Assembly: GCA_964585925.1 (NCBI GenBank) | Contig: CAZPFS010000003.1 | Span: 17,619 to 81,618 of the forward strand | Length of the DNA stretch: 64,000 bases | Direction of reading: 5' to 3' | Source of the DNA: an uncultured Syntrophomonadaceae bacterium | Lineage (GTDB): Bacteria; Bacillota; Dethiobacteria; DTU022 | Shown: piece after piece, positions 41,213 through 49,890 of the stretch | Layout: every line of letters starts with the position of its first letter | How positions within the stretch are numbered: the stretch's first letter is position 1 | The notes under the pieces: generated by a model | Seen by the model: the letters and a program-made list of their open reading frames with translations, nothing else | The model's database searches: none | Told to the model about the DNA's origin: nothing | Translations under genes and position numbers: made by a program

Positions 41213-42597
41213 CCGCCTGCTTCAGTTCTAAACTGGTTTAAAATAGACAAATAATCATCCGGCGTATCCAGATCCATCAATATTTCCGGTGCATCCACTT
41301 CCACCGGACAAAGATCACGATCGCTCAAGCAATGGAGCAACTGGCTTCCTCCCCGGTCTCCCTTTAGCTCCATCAACATGGGCCAGGTCCGGCGATCAAA
41401 CAGCACGGGGTTTCCCCGGCGGCCCCGGTAAGTGGGATATACGGCCAGGGGAAGACGGCTGCGGTAGCGTTCAAGCAAACTGCTATAGACCCGGGCCGGA
41501 ATAAACGGCTGATCCCCCAGTATAAACATGGCTCCCTGGGAGGTGGCAGACACCTGAGAAAGCCCTGCCTGTAAAGAGGTGGAAATCCCCAGCTGCGCAC
41601 GTTCGTTGATCACAACCTTCAGCTTGAACCTGGACAGGCGTGCGCCCAGCCAGGCTGTTTCCGGGTTGATCACCACAATGATCTCACCGTCACTAGACCG
41701 GATCAGGTTTTGCAGGGTCTGTTCCAGCACGGTGGAGTCGCCAAGTTCCAGGGTCATCTTGTCTTTGCCCATGCGCCTGGACAAACCGGCTGCCAGCACC
41801 ACCCGGGACACCTCCGGCGCCGCCCTTTCCCCGCTTATGCCGAAAATAAATTGCAGGGGCACCGGCCGGCAGGCAGAGGTAAAAACAATATGGCGAATAT
41901 CATCAATGCCCGCCGTCAAATCGGCTATTTTTGTTATTATCCCGGGATCAGAAATCAGATCTGCCTGATTGAATACCGGCACCGTGCGGGCTCCCGGGGC
42001 CTGGCGGCAGCCCAGTTCAACCATCCATTTCATGCCGCGTACCAGGTGCTCGGCGGTGATGGTTTCACCCATCTGCATCCGGGCAATTATCGAAAATAGT
42101 TCCGGCCGGTGGACTGTCCCCGGGCTCAGGGCGGTTCCCAAACCGATCAAACCCATTACCGGCAGGGCTAGGCCGGAATCTGGGGGCAGTACCGGCTCAT
42201 GGGAGGCATACCCTTTAAGCGGTTTTCTCGCCGCCCCGTCGCATTCCGCTAAAGCAAAGGATACTTCCGGCTCCGAGACGATCCGCCCCGGCCAGGAAGG
42301 ATCTATCCCCTTGAGCTTGCCTTCCGGCAGCAGACCTGCGGCCAGGACTACCGGATCCCTCCCGGCGGGCAGTAGTCTCAATTTGCGGACAACTTCAGTC
42401 AGCGTTCCGGCCAAGATCAGGGGGAAAGAAGGATGTTGGAAGATCTTGGTGGTGGTGGTTACTACTACCTTTTTCTCCCCTCCGGCCAGTTCGCCCGCCA
42501 GCAGATACAGCAGGGATGTTTTTCCCCCGGCCCCGTATATGGATATTATTTCTTTCTGCTTGATCCCCAAACAGGATGAAAGCAGCAAATTATTCAT
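41209..42597 (-). CDS. Fusion of a YqeC-type selenium-dependent-hydroxylase accessory protein (N-terminus) with a MocA/MobA-like molybdenum-cofactor cytidylyltransferase (C-terminus)
   Basis: The N-terminus has a P-loop-like GAGGKTSLLYLLAGEL. The C-terminus has the MobA-like VLAAGLSRRMG.DK.......TVLE...N signature. 462 aa versus two separate genes (yqeC, mocA) in E. coli. Confidence 0.65.
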   Translation of the reverse strand: MNNLLLSSCLGIKQKEIISIYGAGGKTSLLYLLAGELAGGEKKVVVTTTTKIFQHPSFPLILAGTLTEVVRKLRLLPAGRDPVVLAAGLLPEGKLKGIDPSWPGRIVSEPEVSFALAECDGAARKPLKGYASHEPVLPPDSGLALPVMGLIGLGTALSPGTVHRPELFSIIARMQMGETITAEHLVRGMKWMVELGCRQAPGARTVPVFNQADLISDPGIITKIADLTAGIDDIRHIVFTSACRPVPLQFIFGISGERAAPEVSRVVLAAGLSRRMGKDKMTLELGDSTVLEQTLQNLIRSSDGEIIVVINPETAWLGARLSRFKLKVVINERAQLGISTSLQAGLSQVSATSQGAMFILGDQPFIPARVYSSLLERYRSRLPLAVYPTYRGRRGNPVLFDRRTWPMLMELKGDRGGSQLLHCLSDRDLCPVEVDAPEILMDLDTPDDYLSILNQFRTEAGG

Positions 42598-42617
42598 CTT
42601 TCGCCTTCCCGATTGTT

Positions 42618-43046
42618 TTACCCCATGGCCTCAAAATATTTGTCAAACAGCTCCAGAAACAGATGCCGGGCTTCTTCCTGAAACAAGGCGAACTTCATTA
42701 CCAGACCCCTCCCCTCCGGGGTCAGTTCAGAGCCTCCCCCTGAGTTGCCGCCGATGGTTCTGGTAAGCAGCGGAAACCCCAACCGCCTTTCCAGCAAATC
42801 TACCAGCCGCCAGGCCTGGCTGTAAGACATGCCGATCTCTTTGGCCGCGGCCCTGAGAGACCCGGTCCGTTCAACCCGGTTCAAGATATCGCAGGGGCCG
42901 TCCCCAAATACCTTTTTTCCCCGGTCCTCCAGCCAGATCTTGCAACCGGGCTCAAGGTTCATTTTGTTCACCCTTGGCTTCCGGGGTGCGGCCATCAAAT
43001 ACCCGCCTCCGGACCGCAATGATCTCCGAAAGAATACTGACCGCAA
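42618..43046 (-). CDS. ModE N-terminal-like winged-helix regulator (molybdate-responsive type). The probable start is ATG at 42962 (MNLEPGCKIWLED..).
   Basis: GSLRAAAKEIGMSYSQAWRLV matches the ModE N-domain HTH. The tracked ORF overlaps xdhC by 95 nt; the shorter form overlaps by 11. Confidence 0.55.
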   Translation of the reverse strand: MRSVFFRRSLRSGGGYLMAAPRKPRVNKMNLEPGCKIWLEDRGKKVFGDGPCDILNRVERTGSLRAAAKEIGMSYSQAWRLVDLLERRLGFPLLTRTIGGNSGGGSELTPEGRGLVMKFALFQEEARHLFLELFDKYFEAMG

Positions 43047-43776
43047 TTTCGGCAGGGGTCTCGGCCCCTATCTTGAGCCCGATAGGAGCATGAACCCGGT
43101 CCAGATCTTTGGGATCGACCCCCAGATCACGCAAGTTGCTGAATGTGGCCTCCACCTTTTGGGCACTGCCGATCATTCCCAGATAGGGGACAGGTGAGCC
43201 GATGGTTTTTTCAAGGGCCAGCTGATCGTATTTATGGCCGCGGGTAATTATGGTGATATAAGTCTGCGGTCCAATATGGGCCTGTTCCAGCAACTCTCCG
43301 ATTTCCCCTACCAGCAGTTGGTCGGCGGAGGGAAAAAGATCGCGGTTGCAGAACTCCTCCCGATCATCCAGCACGGTTACCGCAAGGCCGATCATTTTGG
43401 CCATTGCCGCCAGGTGCTGGGAAATATGCCCCGCCCCCACTATAAGCAAAGTTTCGGGAGTCAGAAAGGGTTCAATAAACAACGCCGCTTCCCCGCCGCA
43501 GATCATGCCGGCACTTTCCCCCTCCCGGGCAGTCAACTGCCTCTGATAGAGGCGGCAGCAGTTTTTTTCCATCACTTCGAGGGCAACCTGTATCGCCTCT
43601 TCCTCCAACTCTCCTCCCCCCACGGTACCTGTTTTTCTCCCCCGGGAATCCACCAGCATTTTAAAACCAACCCTGGCCGGGGCGGAGCCTTTTGTCTCCA
43701 CCACCGTTACCAATGCCGCCGGTTCCCCTTTTTCAACTGTTTTCAACAGCTCCCGATACACTTCCAGCACCTTCAA
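42952..43776 (-). CDS. xdhC: XdhC/CoxI-family molybdenum hydroxylase maturation factor
   Basis: XdhC N-domain (PAALVTVVETKGSAPARVGFKMLV) plus a Rossmann C-domain (LLIVGAGHISQHLA). 274 aa. Confidence 0.8.
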   Translation of the reverse strand: MKVLEVYRELLKTVEKGEPAALVTVVETKGSAPARVGFKMLVDSRGRKTGTVGGGELEEEAIQVALEVMEKNCCRLYQRQLTAREGESAGMICGGEAALFIEPFLTPETLLIVGAGHISQHLAAMAKMIGLAVTVLDDREEFCNRDLFPSADQLLVGEIGELLEQAHIGPQTYITIITRGHKYDQLALEKTIGSPVPYLGMIGSAQKVEATFSNLRDLGVDPKDLDRVHAPIGLKIGAETPAEIAVSILSEIIAVRRRVFDGRTPEAKGEQNEP

Positions 43777-44807
43777 TTACCTCCTTTGCCGAAAGAACAG
43801 TTGGGAAAACGACAGGGCGAGCAACCCCGGCAAAGCCCTCCGTGCCCCAATTTGGAAATATGCCGGGCAGTAATTTTTTCACCGGTTAAAATGCGGGGCA
43901 GCAGAACATCGAGTATGGTGGTTCGAAAATACATGGCGCAGGCCGGCAGTCCTATAACCGGAATCTCGCCCAAGTAGGAGAGCATGAACATGGCCCCCGG
44001 AAGCACCGGCGCGCCGTACTTTACCAGCTCCGCCCCGGACAGTTTGATCCCGGTGGGGGTGACATCATCCGGGTCTACCGACATTCCCCCGGTCACAATT
44101 ACCATCCGGCATCCTTTTTCCAGAAGCTTATTGATGGCCGCAGCAATCCGGGGAGCATCATCATCCACGTAAAGCAGGTGAGGATCATCCAGGCCAAAAT
44201 AAGCCGCTTTCCCTTTAATCACGGGAGCAAATCCATCCTTTATCCTGCCGTTTTTTATTTCATGACCGGTAATAATTACTCCCAGGCTTATTTTGTAATA
44301 CTGAAGAACACTGAGCGGATAACAACCCGGTGAGCAGATCTGCTCCACCTGCCGGATAGTATGATCGGAGACCACCAACGGTATTACCTTTACCCCGGCA
44401 ACCTTTTCCCCCTTGTCGACCGGTGAATTGGTATGAATGGTGGATACAACCACCTCCGGAAGACTGTTTAAGGCATTTATCTGTTCAACATCGATCTTTA
44501 AAAGCCCTCTTTGAAGAGAAACCAGGTTTATACGGCCCTCGGAGGGTCCCTCCAGCTGCAGCCCGGAACCGGCCAGCATCCGGGCAATTTTCTCCCCCGC
44601 TTCATCCTCATGGAGATCGCCGGGTTCCAGTTCAATGGAATAGATATGCCGCTTTCCCAGATCCAATAAAACCGGTACATCCTCCGCCGTGATCCGGTGG
44701 CCCTTTTTGAACCGGGGCCCCTTGAAGGTCCCTTTTTCTATTTTGGTAATATCATGACAGATTATTTTGCCAATGGATTCTTCGGTTTTATAATTACTGA
44801 TTTTCAT
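43773..44807 (-). CDS. Molybdopterin-binding (MoCF-biosynthesis, MogA/MoeA-like) domain protein with a unique N-domain and a Cys-rich tail
   Basis: MoCF signature RMVIVTGGMSVDPDDVT. The C-terminus is CRGCSPCRFPNCSFG. It is operonic with xdhC. Confidence 0.55.
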   Translation of the reverse strand: MKISNYKTEESIGKIICHDITKIEKGTFKGPRFKKGHRITAEDVPVLLDLGKRHIYSIELEPGDLHEDEAGEKIARMLAGSGLQLEGPSEGRINLVSLQRGLLKIDVEQINALNSLPEVVVSTIHTNSPVDKGEKVAGVKVIPLVVSDHTIRQVEQICSPGCYPLSVLQYYKISLGVIITGHEIKNGRIKDGFAPVIKGKAAYFGLDDPHLLYVDDDAPRIAAAINKLLEKGCRMVIVTGGMSVDPDDVTPTGIKLSGAELVKYGAPVLPGAMFMLSYLGEIPVIGLPACAMYFRTTILDVLLPRILTGEKITARHISKLGHGGLCRGCSPCRFPNCSFGKGGN

Positions 44808-44920
44808 CTTTTCACCTCGTTTGCCTTGAACAGCTTTTGCTCACAAAATCTTGCCCAAATCCTGAAAGCGCGACCATGATCGTTATTTGTTTGTAAGCAT
44901 AACGGTCTTAAAAAAAATAT

Positions 44921-45715
44921 TCAGGGCAGGAAATGCAACACCGCCTCCAGCACACCTCCTCCCACGGCTCGGGCCTTGTCGGAGATGGACCGGAAGTCAA
45001 CCTCCGCCCCTCGGGGATCTACATCTCCCACCTTCATTCCCTTGCTTGCCGGGAGGCCATTATAGAGCAGACCCCGCACCAGACCGTCGGTTCCCGCCGC
45101 CACGGGAATGCGGCCTACCTCCGCCACCGGCTGGCCCGTTTCAACCAAATCGCCAATTTTGACCAGAGCTTTGAATATCCCATCCGCCGGCGCCCGGAGA
45201 AGCCTTCCCGCCGCCACCCCGGAAACCCCCCCCGGAATACCGGTATTTTCGGCAGCGCTTCCCTGGTAATATACTTTTCCCAGATCGTGCCCGCGCTTGG
45301 TCTCTATTACGGCGTGAACCTCCTGCCCGGCTTCAAATCCCGGCCCCAGTCCGATTACCACCCGGGCATCGCCGATCCTGGTGGTGGTGGCTGTTTTGGC
45401 CATTACCGCATCCACCAGCACCTCCGGCTGAAGTTTCTGCACCAGGCAAGACTCCGGATCGATCAGCACTGCTATCTCCCGGCCATCGATCACCCGGTAA
45501 GCCTCCTCCGCCGTGGCACAAAGCCTGGCCCGAACCCCTTCCACCTCAAAAAGCCCTTCATACACTGCCGAGGAAAAGGCTACTGTGCGCCTCACTGTGA
45601 GGGGCCGGGGAAGTTCCAGCATGATCTGCCGGAAACCGGCCCTGTGCAGGCGGTGTGCCACCCCCGAAGCCAGGTCCCCCGCTCCCCTGATAATTACCGT
45701 CTGTGAAAATTTCAT
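44921..45715 (-). CDS. Rossmann-like SDMH accessory protein (YqeB / EF2563-family-like, TIGR03309-type)
   Basis: 264 aa. N-terminus VIIRGAGDLASGVAHRLHRAGF. It is the first gene of the minus-strand accessory operon, and its family assignment is from memory. The plus-strand ORF 44933..45706 is judged to be the antisense artefact. Confidence 0.5.
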   Translation of the reverse strand: MKFSQTVIIRGAGDLASGVAHRLHRAGFRQIMLELPRPLTVRRTVAFSSAVYEGLFEVEGVRARLCATAEEAYRVIDGREIAVLIDPESCLVQKLQPEVLVDAVMAKTATTTRIGDARVVIGLGPGFEAGQEVHAVIETKRGHDLGKVYYQGSAAENTGIPGGVSGVAAGRLLRAPADGIFKALVKIGDLVETGQPVAEVGRIPVAAGTDGLVRGLLYNGLPASKGMKVGDVDPRGAEVDFRSISDKARAVGGGVLEAVLHFLP

Positions 45716-45743
45716 CGATATTTAACAACCTTTCCGGATTAAT

Positions 45744-45774
45744 TTGTCGCCATGGGGATAGGCCTGGGCTTAAG
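45744..45774. repeat. Solitary degenerate REP-like unit (ggggataggcctgggcttaagatatgtcccc)
   Basis: It shares the ggggatag... / ...atgtcccc arms with the units at 940-970 and 985-1013. Confidence 0.5.
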
Positions 45775-45809
45775 ATATGTCCCCGCGATTTGGTAACCCC
45801 TATTTGTTT

Positions 45810-46100
45810 TCCTTTGAGTAAATCCCTTTAAATCCCCCTAAATCCCCCTTTAAAAAAGGGGGACTTTTTCGGCTGCCCCTTTAAAAAAGGATGCCTCTTG
45901 GATTATCATCTGGAATAAATTGCCTCACTGCCCTTTTAAAAAGGGATACCTTTTTTGGCTTATCACTTATCATTTAAAATGAATTGCCTCACCTTGCTCT
46001 TTTATTAATAAGAAGGATTTGTTTTGCTTACTCCTTAAAAAGACTTAATTGCCTCACCTTGCCCTTTTATGGGGGGACTTTTTCGGCTGCCCCTTTAAAA
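45810..46100. repeat. Repeat-dense AT-rich intergenic block with about six copies of the inverted repeat CCCCTTT-AAA-AAAGGGG, two copies of gggggactttttcggctg, three copies of aattgcctcacYtg, and a triple aaatcccYtt direct repeat
   Basis: Copies at 45834-45852, 45866-45880, 45921-45935, ~45990-46006 (degenerate), 46051-46066 (variant) and 46083-46097. It lies upstream of the SDMH accessory operon and downstream of the xdh operon. Confidence 0.7.
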
Positions 46101-46151
46101 AAGGGGGCCGGCTTCTTTCATTTTTATCCCTTTCGCCGTAAATCTAAAAAT

Positions 46152-46177
46152 CCCTGCCCCTTGGCCAAGGGGCAGGG
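46152..46177 (-). terminator. Rho-independent terminator of the xdh operon (and possibly bidirectional)
   Basis: Perfect 11-bp stem ccctgcccctt-ggcc-aaggggcaggg, followed on the minus strand by aTTTTT and on the plus strand by a T-rich run. It lies 15 nt past the Mo-subunit stop. Confidence 0.75.
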
Positions 46178-46192
46178 ACCACAAAATATTGT

Positions 46193-48574
46193 TTATTTTT
46201 GATCCTTGATCGCCTGCAGCACCCTTTCCGGAGTCAGGGGGAAGGTAGTCAACTCGATCCCTATCGCGTCGGCTACTGCGTTGGCAATGGCGGGACCAAC
46301 GGCAATCATAGGTTGCTCACCGATCCCGCGCACCCCAAAGGGACCGTCTTTTTCCGGTGTTTCCAAGGCAAATCCCTTTAGATAAGGGGTGTTCTCAATA
46401 GTTGGTATCTTGTAGTCGGTAAAGTTCGGATTTAAAATTCGGCCTTGGTCCAACTTGATCTCCTCATAAAGGGCGGTCCCCAGACCCATAATAGTCCCCC
46501 CGTGGATCTGAACCAGGCATTGCTGCGGGTTTACCGCCTGCCCCACATCCAGAGCCGTGGCCAACTGCAGGACAGTGATTTCACCAGTTTCCGGGTCTAC
46601 CTCCACCTCGGCTGCAGTAGCTCCAAAGGTCCAGAACATGCCTGGATTCCCCTGCCCGGTTTCGGGATCAAGATTGGTCATCTTGGAAGGAATATATGAT
46701 CCCCGGCCGATGATCGGCCCATGGATCCCCTCGCCGGTAGGCTTTTTATAGCTGTCGGCCAGGATTCTCAAAGGAACCTGTTTCGATCGGTCCTTTTTCC
46801 AGTATACCGTGTCATCTTCCAGTTCCATTTCCCCGGCCGGCACCCCCAGCTCCAGTGAACCCAGTTCCAGTATCTGCCGGCGGGCATCTTCCGCGGCCTT
46901 TATCACCGCATGCCCCAAAGCATAGGTGGTCCGGCTGCCTACGGTCTGCCACTCGTAGGGACTGTAATCGGTATCGGGAATACGGATGGCAAATTTCTCC
47001 ACCGGGATTTTCAATGTTTCAGCGGCAATCTGGCACATGGCGGTCAGCATGCCCTGCCCCATCTCGGTTGCGCTTACCGAAAGATGAACGGTACCGTCCT
47101 CATTAATCCGGATAATCGCCGAGGAGGAAGCATTGCTGGGCTGGGCCGGCGCTTTCACCAGACCGGCCAGACCTTTTCCGCGGAATTTCCCGCTATCCCG
47201 CTTACGCCACTCCACCGCTTCGGCTGCCGTCCGCAGGCAGTTCATAAAAGATGAATCCTCTATTTTCTGTCCGGTAGCGGTAGTGGATCCCTCTTTCATT
47301 CCATTGAGGAGACGCACATCCAGCGGGTCCAGTCCCAGTTTTTTAGCAATTTCATCCATTTGCCGTTCAATGCCCCACTGCATCTCGCACATGCCAAAGC
47401 CCCGCACCGGGCCGCCTACCGGGTTGTTGGTATAAACACAATAAGAATCCGTCTTGATATTTGGAATATCATACGCCCCGGCAGAGCTGTAAGCCGCCGC
47501 TCGGGTAATATTTACACCATATTCGGTGTAAGCCCCCCCGTCCCAGATCATTTTGTACTCCATGGCCGTGATCCGGCCATCTTTGCGCACCCCGGTTTTC
47601 AGGTGGCCATACATCGCCTGGCGGGTAAAAGTGCACTGCATATCTTCTTCCCGGGTGTACACTACGCGCACGATGTATCCGGGGCATTTTCTGGCCAGGG
47701 GTATAACCAGCCCCTCCATGGTGGCCCCGGCTTTGCCGCCGAACCCGCCGCCGATATAACTGGAAACGACTCTAATTTTGTGCAGGGGCATCCCCAGACA
47801 TTTGGCCAACAGTTGCCGCACGGTAAACGGAGACTGGGCGGTGCTCCAGACCGTCAACTTACCGTCAAAGCCCCATAGAGCGGCCGCTTTATGGGTTTCT
47901 ATGGTCACATGCTGCATCTGAGGAACATAGTAATCCCCTTCGATGATCAGATCTGCCTCGGCAAATCCCTCTTCCACATTCCCTTTGCGGATTTTGCTGT
48001 GATTGCTGATGTTTGTTCCCGCTTCAGGGTAAAAAATAGGAACAACCTCGTAGCTCCCCAGATCCTCATGAATCAATGGCGCGCCGGGTTTCATCGCCTC
48101 CAGGGGATTGAATACCGCCGGAAGTTCTTCGTATTCCACCTGGATCAGATCTACAGCCTGTTGGGCTATATCTTCCGTGGTGGCAGCAACCGCGGCCAGC
48201 GGTTCTCCGAAAAAGCGGACCTTATCCACGGCAAAGAAAGTCCGGTCAACCAGATAAAGCCCCACCCGGTTACGGGAACATTCTTTCCCGGTCGCTACTG
48301 CCCTTACGCCCGGCAAAGCCTCCGCCCGGCTGGTATCTATCCGTTTTATCCGGCCGTGGGGGATAGTCGATTTTTTAATTTTGGCATAAAGCATGGGGGC
48401 CATGCTCAGATCCTCAATATATCTGGCACTGCCGGTCACCTTTTCCTCCGCTTCTATCCGGGAATATGTTTTCCCCACATAGGTTAAGGATGGCATATTT
48501 TCTCCTCCTTTCCTCCTTACTTGGAGCAGGCTTTGATCGCCTGCCGGATTTCCTGATAGGCCCCGCAACGGCAC
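46193..48574 (-). CDS. Xanthine dehydrogenase-family molybdopterin-binding large subunit (purine hydroxylase, SDMH context). The probable start is ATG at 48496 ([11 protein letters not shown]..).
   Basis: Aldehyde-oxidase/xanthine-dehydrogenase a/b hammerhead and MoCo-binding domains across ~770 aa. Strong RBS AGGAGGAGAAAAT before 48496. Confidence 0.85.
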   Translation of the reverse strand: MPLRGLSGNPAGDQSLLQVRRKGGENMPSLTYVGKTYSRIEAEEKVTGSARYIEDLSMAPMLYAKIKKSTIPHGRIKRIDTSRAEALPGVRAVATGKECSRNRVGLYLVDRTFFAVDKVRFFGEPLAAVAATTEDIAQQAVDLIQVEYEELPAVFNPLEAMKPGAPLIHEDLGSYEVVPIFYPEAGTNISNHSKIRKGNVEEGFAEADLIIEGDYYVPQMQHVTIETHKAAALWGFDGKLTVWSTAQSPFTVRQLLAKCLGMPLHKIRVVSSYIGGGFGGKAGATMEGLVIPLARKCPGYIVRVVYTREEDMQCTFTRQAMYGHLKTGVRKDGRITAMEYKMIWDGGAYTEYGVNITRAAAYSSAGAYDIPNIKTDSYCVYTNNPVGGPVRGFGMCEMQWGIERQMDEIAKKLGLDPLDVRLLNGMKEGSTTATGQKIEDSSFMNCLRTAAEAVEWRKRDSGKFRGKGLAGLVKAPAQPSNASSSAIIRINEDGTVHLSVSATEMGQGMLTAMCQIAAETLKIPVEKFAIRIPDTDYSPYEWQTVGSRTTYALGHAVIKAAEDARRQILELGSLELGVPAGEMELEDDTVYWKKDRSKQVPLRILADSYKKPTGEGIHGPIIGRGSYIPSKMTNLDPETGQGNPGMFWTFGATAAEVEVDPETGEITVLQLATALDVGQAVNPQQCLVQIHGGTIMGLGTALYEEIKLDQGRILNPNFTDYKIPTIENTPYLKGFALETPEKDGPFGVRGIGEQPMIAVGPAIANAVADAIGIELTTFPLTPERVLQAIKDQK

Positions 48575-48987
48575 AGGTTGCCGCTCAGCGCCTCGCTGAT
48601 CTCCTCATCATCCGGATTGGGGTTCCGGTTTAACAGGGCCCGGGCTGAAATAATCACCCCCGGCGTGCAGTAGCCGCATTGAAAGGCGGCGTGATCGATA
48701 AATGCCCGCTGAACCCGATCCAGCTCTCCATTTTTAGCCAGCCCTTCAATGGTTACCAACTCTTTCCCTTCCAGCTCCGCCGCCAGCACCAGGCATGAGT
48801 TTATCGGCACCTCATTCAACAGCACCATACAGGCGCCGCACTCCCCTACCTCGCATCCTTCCTTGGTTCCGGTAAGTTTCAGCTCTTCCCGGATGAAGTT
48901 GAGAAGGGTCTGCTGGGGACAGACCTCCCGGATCTCCTTCATACCGTTAACAGTAAATGAAATGGTCAGCTTTCCGGACATGAGCAC
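48517..48987 (-). CDS. Xanthine dehydrogenase-family [2Fe-2S] small subunit
   Basis: Plant-type ferredoxin Cys motif ([12 protein letters not shown]) and a second 2Fe-2S motif (CGYCTPG...CRCGAY). 156 aa. Confidence 0.9.
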   Translation of the reverse strand: MLMSGKLTISFTVNGMKEIREVCPQQTLLNFIREELKLTGTKEGCEVGECGACMVLLNEVPINSCLVLAAELEGKELVTIEGLAKNGELDRVQRAFIDHAAFQCGYCTPGVIISARALLNRNPNPDDEEISEALSGNLCRCGAYQEIRQAIKACSK

Positions 48988-49808
48988 ACCTCCCTGGTCT
49001 CTTCCAGTCCGCGGCGCACCAGAACTTCAGCCAGATGGTAGCGGTATTCCCTGGAGCCCCGCAAATCCGTGATGGGAGAAATGTCATTCTTGACCAGTCC
49101 GGCCGCTTGGGACAGATCTGTTATGTTATCCGCATTGATTGCTTTTTCTACCGAAACAGCTCTAACCGGGGTGGGAGCTACCGCTCCCAGGGCGATTCGG
49201 ACCTCCCCGCGCCATCTCTGGACGGCCACCCCTACCGTAGCCAGATCCACCGAACGGGTCCGGGAGATTTTCTTGTAAACCCCTTTTCCCTGGGGGTAGG
49301 GCCGGGGAATAACCACTGCCGTTACCAGTTCTCCTGCCTTGAGGGCACTTTTCCCGGGACCGGTAAAAAATTCTTCGATGGGAACGCTGCGCCTTCCGTC
49401 CGGTCCGGCTATCTTGACCCGCGCCCCCAGGCAGTACAGGGGAGCGGCGGTATCCGCTGCCGGGGAGGCATTGCAGATATTTCCCACCAGGGTAGCCCGG
49501 TTGCGGACAGAATAAGAGCCGATGCTGTGGCAGCCTTCCGCCAGAACCGGCACATTTTTTCTCACCGGATCGAACCGCAGGATCTGATTCAGGGTTACCC
49601 CGGCGCCGATAGTAATTCCGTCCTGATCTTCTTTCAGTATTTTCAGCTCTTCAATGTCCTTGATATCCACCAATTGCCGGGCTTTGAATTTGCCACCCCG
49701 GATTCCCACCAGCAGATCCGTGCCACCGGCCAACAAATAAGTGCCCTCCGTTTCCAGCCACTTCATGGCCTGGGAAAGGTCGGAACACTTTTGATAAGTA
49801 AACGGCAT
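48966..49808 (-). CDS. Xanthine dehydrogenase-family FAD-binding medium subunit (CoxM-like)
   Basis: FAD-binding PCMH-type domain (AGGTDLLV) and a CO-dehydrogenase flavoprotein C-domain. 280 aa. Confidence 0.85.
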   Translation of the reverse strand: MPFTYQKCSDLSQAMKWLETEGTYLLAGGTDLLVGIRGGKFKARQLVDIKDIEELKILKEDQDGITIGAGVTLNQILRFDPVRKNVPVLAEGCHSIGSYSVRNRATLVGNICNASPAADTAAPLYCLGARVKIAGPDGRRSVPIEEFFTGPGKSALKAGELVTAVVIPRPYPQGKGVYKKISRTRSVDLATVGVAVQRWRGEVRIALGAVAPTPVRAVSVEKAINADNITDLSQAAGLVKNDISPITDLRGSREYRYHLAEVLVRRGLEETREVCSCPES

Positions 49809-49890
49809 CTCCTTTTTTCACCTCCACCAGTATTTAATAGCGGGGCAAGAATAAGGTTTGCCCAGACAAGCGAATGATCCGCAGATCATC

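Noticed and set aside
48915-48925. The REP core 11-mer ggggacagacc inside the 2Fe-2S subunit gene
   Set aside because: It is a single arm with no inverted partner nearby and lies within a conserved coding region. It is most likely coincidence in GC-rich sequence.
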